Part shown: piece after piece, positions 14,031-24,928 of the stretch
Layout of the letters: the number at the start of each line of letters is the position of its first letter
Numbering within the stretch: the first letter of the stretch is position 1
From: the human T2T-CHM13v2.0 reference genome, Homo sapiens
NCBI RefSeq assembly: GCF_009914755.1
Contig: NC_060925.1
Length of the DNA stretch: 64,000 bases
Reading direction: 5' to 3' (one strand)
Made by a program: the position numbers and the translations under genes
Notes under the pieces: model-generated
Seen by the model: the letters and a program-made list of their open reading frames with translations, nothing else
What the model was told of the DNA's origin: nothing
Databases searched by the model: none

Positions 14031-14997
14031 GTGAGTGGCTCTGCCAGCCTTTCCACTAACGAAGTGGAAAGCGCCCCTCGGCCCCTGCCTCACCACAGCT
14101 GTTTCTCTTCGAGAAATCTTGGAGTCTGTGGTAGAGGCAGTCTCCCTGCCCTCAGTCAGCTCCACGAGGGGCTGGTCGACCCAGAAAAGACAGTGCTCCT
14201 GCCTGCCAGCTCTGAATGCCACCACCAGGAGGGTCTGAGCTCAGGCGCCTTCCTCACACAACATCCCCCAAGAGTGCATGAACTGCCCCCCTCCCCAACG
14301 CCGCCTACCATCCCAACCCTGCACCTGCCTTCCGGGCTGGGGAAGTTCTGTCTTAGTCTGGCTCAGCAGGGATGGAGACAGCGGGTGCCATTCTGCAGCT
14401 GCCCAGGACGCGGCTGCCAGCTTGCTCTTCCTCCCACCCAGGACCCAGGCAGGAGCGCCCCTGGTACCTGTTCTTTCCTGGAGCTTGTCTTTCTCTCAGC
14501 CGTCACTCTTGCCAGTAAACAACCAGCCTTTTTTCTCTTCTGTGCTCTCATTTTCTTATCTAGGTCATCTTCGCCACCCGCCCCCAGCCTCTGCTCTGAC
14601 AGTGGGGAGAGCTGGCGAGGAGGCGCGCGTGGCAGGGGCCACTTGGGCCGGAACATGGAGCCCACACCTAGCTGATGCCCCACCTCTCTGTCCAGATTCT
14701 TTTTGCCCTGGCAGGGGTGGCCCATGTCCCACCCAGGCAGGATTTAAGTTTAGGACCCAGGTCTGCTTCTGAGGCTGATTCCAGCAGTGGTTGTAGGACT
14801 TGTGGAAGGATGAGGCCAAGTGTGTCTGGGGGTGGGAGCCCAGGTGAGGGCTGGAGGTCAAGAACCCTCTTCAGTATCTTCCCCCTCCTTGAGACACCCA
14901 GGTCTCTGGGCAGAAAGCACAGGGGCTCCACAAGTGCCCCTGCTCCCCGCCCACCGTTAATCCACACCCTCCTGCCCCCTGATGCTCCCACCTCTGA

Positions 14998-15141
<144 letters not shown>

Positions 15142-15931
15142 TGACCGCCCTCTCCTGACCCAGCCCCTCATGCTTGGATGCCCTGGCCTAGTGGCCAGGG
15201 TGGTCAGGGTGGCTGGGGGGAAACGTGGGGTGGCAGGACAGCTGGCTCTGACCTTCCCAGCCTCCTAGTTGTGGTCGATCTCCTCACTCATCCTCCCAAC
15301 TGGCCACAGACTGGGAAGATTTGAAAATCACGGGTTTTAGTTAAAAATTAGGGACCTTTATTTTATTTTTTGTCTCTACTGGGAGCCAAGGCAACCTGCT
15401 TACCCTTTTGGATGCTGAATTTTCCTTTCTATAAAATGGGGCTATGATGTGCCAGTGAGTGCTGGGAGAGTAAAGTGAGAAGGTCTATTACAAATAATGA
15501 ATACATGCTTAACACACATTAATTATTTATTTCTCCACCAATCCTGGGAGATTGGTGCTCTTTTTATCCCCATTTGACAGATGGGGAAATTAAGGTTTGA
15601 AGAGGAAAAGGGACTTGGCTAAGATTACTCAGCTGATAAAAGCAAAACATCCACGGAATCTTCAGCGGGGCTTTTCCCTTTCATTTTTGTGTAGAAGCTA
15701 CGTAGGTAGCACTGAAAGTCAGAGAGGTAGGGCAAGCAACAAAGAATCATGTTCTTTTTTAAACTGTGGGACCAAGGCTTTAGAAAGAATGGGCTGCTTA
15801 TTCTCTATAGAGAGAATTGCCAGTATTGAGGCCATATTCTTACAAGGCCTGCTGAGGGGTTCGGCCCTGGCTGGCACCGTGAGTGGTGAGAAGATTCTAA
15901 GGGCCCCACTAACTCTGGGTCTGTGTTTCAG

Positions 15932-16049
15932 AAAACCACCAACGCTTCGATCCGTCCAAGTCCTCCACCCACAGAACATGGGCAAGTCCCTGTCCATCCA
16001 GTATGGCACAGGCAGCATGCGGGGCTTGCTGGGCTATGACACTGTCACC
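15932..16049 (+). pseudogene. CYMP: CYMP exon 4 with 1-bp deletion frameshift
   Basis: NHQRFDPSKSST [ca] QNMGKSLSIQYGTGSMRGLLGYDTVT; only 2 nt (15970-15971) where one codon is expected. Confidence 0.95.
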
Positions 16050-17990
16050 GTAAGTGGTGCTGCGCCGGCCAGTGCTCACTGTGCCTTTCCCACCAGCCAC
16101 TCTCTGCCCACACGGTCCGGTGGGCCACACCTCCACTGTGCTGAGAAGCCCTTTAGGTGCTGCCTGCCCTGGTGGCTCAGGAGGTAAGGAGAGGGATTTT
16201 AGCCAGCAGCCAGCTGTCGGCTGTCCCTTCCTCCCGCCTCTTCTTCCTGTGGCAGCACCCAGAGCCCCACCTGAGGGCACTCTCAGGTCCAGGTTCCCGT
16301 CTCCCTGATCCTTTTCCATGCATCCTTGACACAGTTAGTTCCGAATTCTGAGCTGGTGCCAGGACTGAGCTCTTCAGTGTCCTATGTATAGTCTTGTTTT
16401 TAAATTTTGTTTTTCCAACAGCCCTTTGAGGAAGATGTCATTATCCTCGTTGTTCAAATGAGGAAACCGAGGCTTGTAGTTGATAACTTACCTGAAGTCA
16501 CACAGCTGGTGCCTGGGGGAGCTGAGTGTGGGACCTCGCCTCTGGCTCTCAGGGCAGTGCTCTTGGTTTGACCTCATGCTTTATAAGTCAGAGCAGCATC
16601 TTCTTTCAGGTCCGAGAGCACCTGTCCCTCTAGGATAAGGGTTCCCCTTTCCCTTGACTCTTTTTGGCCTCCAAAGTACCTAATACAGTGATGGGCACAT
16701 AGTAGGTACCCAGTGGATGTTTGCCTCTTTCTTTCTTTCTGCATGCACCATCTGACGTGAAAACTCTGGTGGTGTCTCTCAGTGCTGACCACCTTGACTT
16801 TCCTTGGTCTCTTCCTTGGGTCTGGCTGAAACCTTTCTTGCTTTGAGTCCAGAAGGGCACAGTCCTTCTCTGTGGACAGTATTTTCCTCACTGGGCAGGT
16901 GCCCACCAGGGTGCTCTGCTCAGGCCTCCTCGGGATTCCATGCCAGACAGCAGAGGCCTCAGGGCTGCTTGCTGAGCTGGCCAGCAGTCAGGCCTTTGAC
17001 AGCCAATTCCCCTGCCCAGTCCTATTTCCTCTGCTGGCCTGAGCCATTCACTTTCTTCCCTGCTATTTTCAGTGCATCTTCACTGGAGAGCTGGCCCAGT
17101 GCCTGGAACCTCAGCAGTGCTGCAGTGGGCTGCTATCACTCACTACCTTGGGCAGGGGGTCGGGGAAAGCTTCCCTCAGGGGTCTCATGTGGAAGCAGGA
17201 GAGGTGTCCTGACCACTTTGGGACAAGAGGCAGTAGTGGTCAGAGTAGGCTGGTGGATACATTGGGCATCTGAAGAAGTGGGCAGATTAAGAAAATATTT
17301 TGGAGTTAGCACTTTCTTAGCATAGTGCTGATCCATATTCAATAATCACTTAGTAAATGTCAATAAATGTTCAGTGTTAGTATTATTTAGTCAAAGCCCT
17401 GCCTTGAGATGTGAGATGTAGGTATTACTATTCCCTTAAACAGATAAGGGGATTGAGGTTGGGCAGGTACTTGTCCAAGGTCACACAGTTAGCACATGGC
17501 AGAACAGGAGCCTACACCTGGGTCTTGGAGACATAAAGCGTGTGCATGTTCTTTTTGGACTTCCTGCTGCTTCTATGGCTTTTTGCTGGGAGGTGTTCCA
17601 GACATAGCTGGTGGGAGGGCTGCAGGCCTGCAGAGGGCCTTGGAGCATCCCTCATTCTGCCCCCTTCTTTGAGCTCAGTCCCAACTTTTGCACAATGAGC
17701 ACCAGGGTCTGTGTCCACCTTGTCCTCTGTTCCCCTCCTCCCCTGCCTCATTAGAACAATTCCTCAAGATCATTGCACTAACTGCCGGGAAAGGAGAGGT
17801 GGGTTTTTTTTGTTGCTGTTTTTTGTTTTTGTTTTTTTCTGTCTCTTAAGGGCAAATAACTATGTTGCCTATAAGAGGAAAGGAACTGGAACTGCGATAC
17901 TGGCTCCTGACCTGGGACTGGCTGCCCTCATGCCTGGGATGTTTCTGTCTCTGGCTGCAGGACCTAGTGGAGGTCATGATTCTCTTGCAG

Positions 17991-18190
17991 GTCTCCAACA
18001 TTGTGGACCCCCACCAGACTGTGGGTCTGAGCACCCAGGAACCTGGCGACGTCTTCACCTACTCCGAGTTTGATGGGATCCTGGGGCTGGCCTATCCCTC
18101 TCTTGCCTCTGAGTAGTCAGTGCCAGTGTTTGACAACACGATGCAGAGGCACCTGGTGGCCCAAGACCTGTTCTCAGTCTACATGAGTAG
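17991..18190 (+). pseudogene. CYMP: CYMP exon 5 with nonsense codon
   Basis: [47 protein letters not shown]...; TAG 18114-18116 replaces Tyr. Confidence 0.95.
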
Positions 18191-18789
18191 GTAAGAGCTG
18201 TGCCCAGCCGGGGCCTAAGTTTGATGTCCTTGTAAGGACTGTCCACTCCTTGGGGACACTCAAGGGTAGTCACCAGCATCCAAGCAAACCTTCTCCTTTC
18301 CAGGCACATCCAACCTCTTGTCCAAAGGCCCATGATACAGTCATTTGTACAGCCAGAGTTCACTGGATCAAAATTTGACTTTCCTTTCTGGCACTCAAAA
18401 AACAAAGCCCGATTCCACCTCTGCACAGGGGCTTTCAAGTTCTTTTTCCCAAAGTGGCAGGGCCTCAATAACCGTTTGCTAATGTCACTGAGATGCACAG
18501 ACTTTTAGAGCTGACTCCAAAGGAGTCCAACCTACTCCTTTCACTAGGGAGGAAGCTGAGGCTTGGGGAGGGACCAACACCCTGAGTGGTGGCGGCTGAG
18601 CCAGGCCTGGAGCCTGGGGCTCCTGCTCCCAGGCCTGTGCTTCCTACTCTACCTCCCTGCACCCCGTGATGATGCAGCTTGGCTCAGAAAGAGGGGAGGA
18701 TGGCAGGGAGGAGAGAAAGAGACCCTCCCCAGGAGAAGTTGCTGGATGGCCGAGGCAGGAGAATGCAGTTAGGGGGCTAATTAGTGCAT

Positions 18790-19000
18790 TCACTCATGCA
18801 TTTATTCACCCAGTAGATACTTACTGGGCCCTTACTATGTGCAGAGGCTCTGCCAGAGATGGGGACACATCAGCAGATAAGACAAACTGGCAGTTAACAT
18901 TTTAGCAGGAGAAGCAGACAGCACACCATTACATACACTATTGTAATCAAACAGTGTGATAAGGGTGCAGCAGGGGAGATTTGGGTGTGTCAGAGGCTGA
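18790..19000 (-). mobile_element. L2 3'-end fragment in CYMP intron 5
   Basis: cattcactcatgcatttattcacccagtagatacttactgggcccttactatgtgcag. Confidence 0.6.
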
Positions 19001-19627
19001 GTAACAGGGGAAGGCCCAGCCGAGGGCAGCCAGGGCAGTCTTTGCTGAGGGAGGAGTGGGTGCCGTCTGGGGAGAAAGCGTGTACCAGAGCCGGGAGCTG
19101 GGATGGGCTGGATGAGTTCTAGGAGCCCAAGGCAGTGCTCCGGAAGTGGGTGGGTACAGTGTATGTTTCCCAGCCATGTGTGAGACACGGCCCCACGAGG
19201 AACAGAGGGGATTTGCGTTTGGGTGGCAGTTTCAATCCAAAGTGTAGATTTTGTTGAAGACCCCCTTTCCTACTAAAGGCAGAAAGCCCTGGGTGGCGGC
19301 TGACAGGGAGTAGGAGCCTAGGGAGACAGCTGGGCACACTCAAGGGTGGCTGGGGCACAGCCTGGCAGTCCCAGGACCTGTGGGGTGGGTTACTTCCTCT
19401 GGGGTTGGGGTGGGGGCTGCAGCGCTCAGGAGAAAGGATGCTGCCGCTGACTTCAGAGAAAGCCCAGCGGAGGAGGAGCCAGAGGGGGCTGGAGACCTCA
19501 TCTGAAGCGTGGGGTAGGGGTGGGGCGGAGGAGGGTGGGCTGGATCTCAGTGGTGTCTGCCCCAGGGTGGGGCTGGGCACCGCTTTTCTGAGCCTCGCTG
19601 AAACAGCGCGCTGCGCCTTGGTTTCAG

Positions 19628-19739
19628 GAATGACCAGGGGAGCATGCTCACGCTGAGGGCCATTGATCTGTCGTACTACACAGGCTCCCTGCACTGGATA
19701 CCCATGACTGCAAGAATACTGGCAGTTCACTGTGGACAG
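19628..19739 (+). pseudogene. CYMP: CYMP exon 6 with 2-bp deletion
   Basis: NDQGSMLTLRAIDLSYYTGSLHWIPMT [g] QEYWQFTVD; a single G at 19710 where a Val codon is expected. Confidence 0.95.
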
Positions 19740-20531
19740 GTGGGTGAGCGGCCACACTGTGTGGGCCTCAGCCAGAGGCTGATCCAGCTGTGGGGATGTG
19801 AGGGCCCGGGCGTCAGCCCACCACACTCTGAGGACTGCAGCACAGTAGCTGGTAAGACCACCCATGAGAAGCTGAACTAGACACTTCCAAGGTTGGTGAC
19901 CTTTGTCGGTGCTAGTGCCACATATTCTACCTGTGCTTTATGAACAAGACCAGCTGCCTTTCTGGGGCATCTACTGCCTGCTAGGCGCTGTGCTGAATGA
20001 TTATATGACTGTCTCATTTATTCCTCACTGAGACACCATGAGGTGGGTGCTACTATTACCCCACTTTATAATGGACTAACATTGAGTTTGAACCTCAGGA
20101 CCACCTCTTGAGGGAGTCAAAGAAGGGGTTATTAATGTACCCATTTTGTAGATGGGAAGCCTGAGTACACAAAGGTTGGGTAACTTGCTGGAGACACACA
20201 GCAAGTAAATGGCAGAGCAAAAACTTGAAACCAGATCTCAGGCAACCAGTATGCTACTCGCTCTACTCCTTAATGTGGGTGAATTTGTTGTTTTATTGAA
20301 GTTTCTGTCCCATGGAAAGTGGGATGTCCTCAATTTAGCCACTGAATTGGAAGAAAATGGTTTTAGGTTTTTTCTCTGGGCTCAGAAAGTACTGGGGCCT
20401 CCAGGAAGGGGCCCCAGGGAAGGGGCTGAGGGCTGGGGGCCTTCCCTCCCTACTGCGGATCCTGGCAGGGGAGGGTAGGAAGGACCTGGGGAGGGAGGGC
20501 TGGATGAGGCCATCTTGCATACCCTTGGAAG

Positions 20532-20676
20532 TGTCATCATTGACGGCGTGGTGGTGGCCTGTGACGGTGGCTGTCAGGCCATCCTGGACACCAGCACCTC
20601 CCTGCTGGTGGGGCCTGGCGGCAACATCCTCAACATCCCGCAGGCCATTGGAGCCACTGCGGGCCAGTACAATGAG
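20532..20676 (+). pseudogene. CYMP: CYMP exon 7 (second catalytic motif reads DTS)
   Basis: VIIDGVVVACDGGCQAILDTSTSLLVGP...QYNE; weak ggaag| acceptor, |gtgagg donor. Confidence 0.93.
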
Positions 20677-21276
20677 GTGAGGTCAGGCCCCACCGCCCCA
20701 CAAGGTTGCCTTGAAGTGGGGGCCCCTTCACACAAACGAGATGATGCAGGGGTGGTTAGGGAGCCCGTTTCCCAGCCGAGGTTGGGGTTTCTCCGGAGGC
20801 CTCTGCTGGGGCCTTTGGCTTTGGCTTCATTGCCGTGGGAGCCTCCATGCCTCAGGTAGCGGCTGCCGTCTGACCTCCTGTTCCTCTGGGAGTGGTGCCC
20901 TCCCTGACGCGCTGGACTGTGCTGTGCCCCTTCTTCCTCCTCCACCCCCGAGTCTGTTCTTCTCCCCTTGACAGCCAAATGCTCCCAGCATCCCTGTGAG
21001 CTCTGGCTGGGCCTAGATGGGGAGACACAGAGGCAACCCCCTTGGGTCCCAAGCTTGGGTCTGTCCCTGGGTTGATGACAGCTATGACTCTTTTGAGAAC
21101 CATGTCTCAGGACCAGGCCTCACCCTGAGAGCCTCCCTGTGGTCCTAGGTGTAGGCAGGGCCCTCTCCCCACCCCATGGCTCATGGGGTGGCAGGAGGGG
21201 TTCTGGGCCCTTCCGGAACCCCTTCAGTCAGCTTACTTACTCGCCGCTTCTAAGAGGGCCTCCCTTGGTTCTTTAG

Positions 21277-21375
21277 TTTGACATCGACTGCGGGCGCCTG
21301 AGCAGCATTCCCACGGCTGTCTTCGAGATCCACGGCAAGAAGTACCCCCTGCCACCCTCCGCCTATACCAGCCAG
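21277..21375 (+). pseudogene. CYMP: CYMP exon 8
   Basis: FDIDCGRLSSIPTAVFEIHGKKYPLPPSAYTSQ; tttag| acceptor, |gtatga donor. Confidence 0.95.
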
Positions 21376-22138
21376 GTATGAGTCTCAGAGGGGAAGCCCG
21401 GGCTCCTCCTCCTCCTTCTTCTTCACCAGCTTCCTCCCCCACCCCCCAGTTGGGCCCCTGGTGAGGCAGTGATGGTGGTGATAAGAAGTGGTATGGACTC
21501 CACAGAGAATGGAGGGGCATGCGTTTGGACCAACCGGCCTTTCTGAGTGGGCCATGTTGTCCTGGGGCCTCATTTGTGGCCACTTCAGCCTCATCCTGGG
21601 AAAAATGGGGAACAGGAGGGGCGGTGTGCCAAGGTGTCAGGGAGGGTGGGGTAGGCAGGTCCACATCTCCCTATGGGAACCTCCCTCCGCTGCTCAAGCT
21701 TCTAAGTCCCGGGGCCTAGAGCTCTGTGCAGGGTTTGCTTAGCTAGCCTGGGCTTTGTGGGGCTCAGCCCTTGGCCCCACTGACCACTGACCTCCACCCC
21801 CCAGGCCTGCTCTGGCTGGTCATCAGGGCAGTAGGTGCTGAGAGCAGGAGGCAGGGGCTGGGGAGGACGAGAGATGGGGAGTGGAGTCCAGTGCAGAGGA
21901 CAGGACTCAGGATGCCAGAACCCCACCCGGTGATCCTAGATTATGTCATTTTATTTTTTGAATCTGAATTTCTTCATCTGTTGAGAGATGAATCCAATAC
22001 TTGTTTATCTGGGAAGGTCATTTCAAGGATAAAATGACGTCACAGAAGAGGAGGAGTTGTGGGTGAGGTATAAACGCCTATCTTTAGGCACAGCAAATGG
22101 GATTGGGACCAACGTCATCTCTGCCTTGCCTTCCCCAG

Positions 22139-22276
22139 GACCAGGGCTTCTGCACCAGTGGTTTCCAGGGTGACTATAGTTCCCAGCAGTGGATCCTGGG
22201 GAATGTCTTCATCTGGGAGTATTACAGTGTCTTTGACAGGACCAATAACCGTGTGGGGCTGGCGAAGGCTGTCTGA
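22139..22276 (+). pseudogene. CYMP: CYMP exon 9 coding part
   Basis: [45 protein letters not shown]; cccag| acceptor. Confidence 0.95.
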
Positions 22277-22354
22277 TTGCATCACTGGCCACGGACCTCA
22301 ATGTGACCAAACACACACGCGCACATAGATGAGATGTGCAGGCAGATGGTTCCC

Positions 22355-22360
22355 AATAAA
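22355..22360 (+). terminator. Polyadenylation signal of CYMP
   Basis: AATAAA 79 nt after the native stop, followed by a GT/T-rich downstream stretch (cccttgttgtc). Confidence 0.8.
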
Positions 22361-24641
22361 CACCGCATTTCTGCAAAGCCTGACTTCCCTTGTTGTCACT
22401 GGGGCTGAAGCTCTGCGCCGTTGTGGGGGTGGATGTGACTGCCAGGTGGTGTGTGGGCACAGCAGGAACTACATGGTGGGAAGGGTTGGTGGGTGGAGGC
22501 TACCTGGAGGGCAATGACTATTTCAAGCTCAGGTCAGGGAAGACCAAGGCGTGCCTTACCTACCTGTCCTTCACTCTAGAGCTTTCTGGGCAAAGGGCAC
22601 AAGAGGGGAGACCCTCGCACGATAAGACCCATTTGTTCCTGGGGAATGAGAGGTAAGGGCATGGTGGTGTGGGGATGTAAAGGGAACACTTGGCCCCTGG
22701 AGAGGAAGGTTCTGCTGTATTAAGAGAGGGGCCTCAGTGCTGTTGGAAGAAGCCAGATGAAAGAGTGAGCAGGGAGCATGGGGAAAGATCTGAGTCCTAG
22801 GCTGCCATCCACCCTGGGGGAGAGCCACAGTCCAGACTCCCATCCTCAGGCTCAGGGGCTCAGGCCCTGGCAGTGGTCAGAGCGGTGCCATTGCCGATGG
22901 CAGGTTCGTGTTAACCTGGCTTTCAGAGGCTGATGTGTCAAAGCCAGATGCCAGTGTTCAGAGTTCCTGTGAGAGCCCAGGCTCACAGAGCCCTGCACAT
23001 TCTCCTGGGAGAGAGCCACGCAGGAAATCCAAATATTACCGGGTCACACAAGGGGATTCAGGTGGCTTTAGGAAGTTTTTCTCAGTGATGCTACTCTAAG
23101 GCCCCTCAGCTACCTTGGGAGGGAGGTGGACAGCTCTTGGGGAGATCACAGTGCTTGGAGTCCTCTTGGCAGACTCCTTGGACAGTGCTCTGCTGGGAGC
23201 TGCATGCGTCTGCTCTCCAGCCCTCCTCCCTTTTTCTTTGCACCCCCTGCCTTAGATAGTCTTTTTCCCATCGGGGGAAGACAATTGACCAGGCCTTTGT
23301 TTTCTATGTCATAGCTAGCCTTGTCCCCTCTGCTTCACCCACCCCAAATATAGTGATCGGACTTTGTCACACCTTTATAGTAGTTCAACCCTCACAAGGC
23401 CTTGGGAAGGGGGTGGGGTCATCTTGCTATCTAGCCCCTGCCCCTACCTCAGGCTGACCACGGGCCTGCCCTGCAAACAGCTGGAGCAGGTGAGTAATGC
23501 CCATGTCTCCAGGAACCGGAAGCTGCAGGTTTGGCAGTGACACTTCACAAAGGAGACTGTCCTTCATGAGGAGTGAAGCGGGGGGCAGGAGCAGAGTGGG
23601 CTCTGGCTTCTTTCTCCCAGTGGCAGCTGCTAATGGGATCCGGTCGACAAGCCATCTGGGGGCATCTCCTGGGGCCTTTCTTAGTGGTACCCAAGAACAA
23701 AAGAGATGAGGGACCCAGTCAGTGGAGATGCTGCCTGTGGCGCCTGTCTGGGTTTGCGGCTGTGCAGCCAGCTTGGCCGCAGAGGCAGCCCATGGCTTCC
23801 TGCAGGGAAGAGACTGGGCTGTGGGGGTGAAATGGAGCAGGAAGGCTCAAGCTGCCTTTCCTGGGTGAGCCAAGGAGACTGGTGTGGGATGGTGCAGAGG
23901 CCACAGGAGAACATCCCAGGACTTCAAGGACAGAGGGTGGTGCCAGCAATGGGCAGGCCTTGGCGTTTGAATCTTACTGGGCCAGCGAGGTAAGCGAGGT
24001 GCCAAGGAGTCAGTCTGGCTTTGGGAGGCTTCTCTAAGCCTCGCTGTTCTTATCTAGGACCAATACTGCCTGTTTGCCAAGAACGAGACAGAATTGGGCC
24101 ACTTTCATTATTTTTACACTTCTTGTGTATTAAAAAAAATGCCAAATAGGCCTACAAAAATGGTTATAGATTTCAATGGTTTACATTTAGCAACTGTATT
24201 TTAAACACCCACATCCCAACTGGAGATAATGTAGAAAGTCTAAATATGATGACTTTCACAAATGTGAGGTTTGGACCAAATGGGTCCTGTCTCACCCCCT
24301 GCCCAGTTGGCCCTGGTGGTGACCCCTGTCCTGGGAGGGCAGTGAGGGCACAGCGAGGGCAGCTCCCCACTGGGGCTAACGCAGTGTTGCCACACAGCAC
24401 CCCTGTGGCCTCAGCAATGTTCCTGGCTGCAGAGAACTCTCTGCCTGGAATGTTCTCTACTCTCCAACTCCTCTCCAACTCCTCTGACTTTCAATCAACC
24501 TTCAAACCTCAACTCAGTCCACATCTCTTCAGGATGCTTCTGACGAGCCTGGGGGCTTAGTGTCATACCACTTATTTCCCTGTTGGTCTTCCTCATGGCC
24601 TCTGGGCTCACTGAGCACAGACATTGTGCACTTCTCATTTT

Positions 24642-24928
24642 CTTTTCTTTTTTTTTTTTTTTGAGACAGAGTCTTGCTCTGTTGCCCAGGCTGGAGTGCA
24701 GTGATGCAATCTCCGCTCGCTGCAACCTCTGCCTCCTGGGTTCAAGTAATTATCCTGCCTCAGCCTCCTGAGTAGCTGTTATTACAAGTATGTGCCACCA
24801 CACCCAGCTAATTTTTGTATTTTTAGTAGAGATGGGGTTTCACCGTGTTATCCAGGCTGGTCTTGAACTCCTGACCACGAGTGATCCGCTCACCTTAGCC
24901 TCCCAGGCAAGAGCCACCATGCCCAGCC
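24642..24928 (-). mobile_element. AluS with a short internal deletion
   Basis: Alu body lacking aagtgctgggattaca near the 5' end; TSD cac(t/c)tctcatttt at 24629 and 24930. Confidence 0.92.

Noticed and set aside
17951-17990. Alternative in-frame acceptor (ctgcag|gac) 30 nt upstream of CYMP exon 5
   Set aside because: Cannot rescue the gene: in the frameshifted frame it gives an immediate TAG, and the native frame still hits TAG 18114.
15932-19739. Possible rescue of the CYMP ORF by exon skipping
   Set aside because: Exon phases do not fit: skipping exon 5 alone or exons 4-6 leaves the downstream exons out of frame, and the second DTG is mutated anyway.
19119-19865. 248-aa minus-strand ORF
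   Set aside because: GC-rich, Pro/Ser/Leu-biased, no recognisable domain, and partly the antisense shadow of exon 6.
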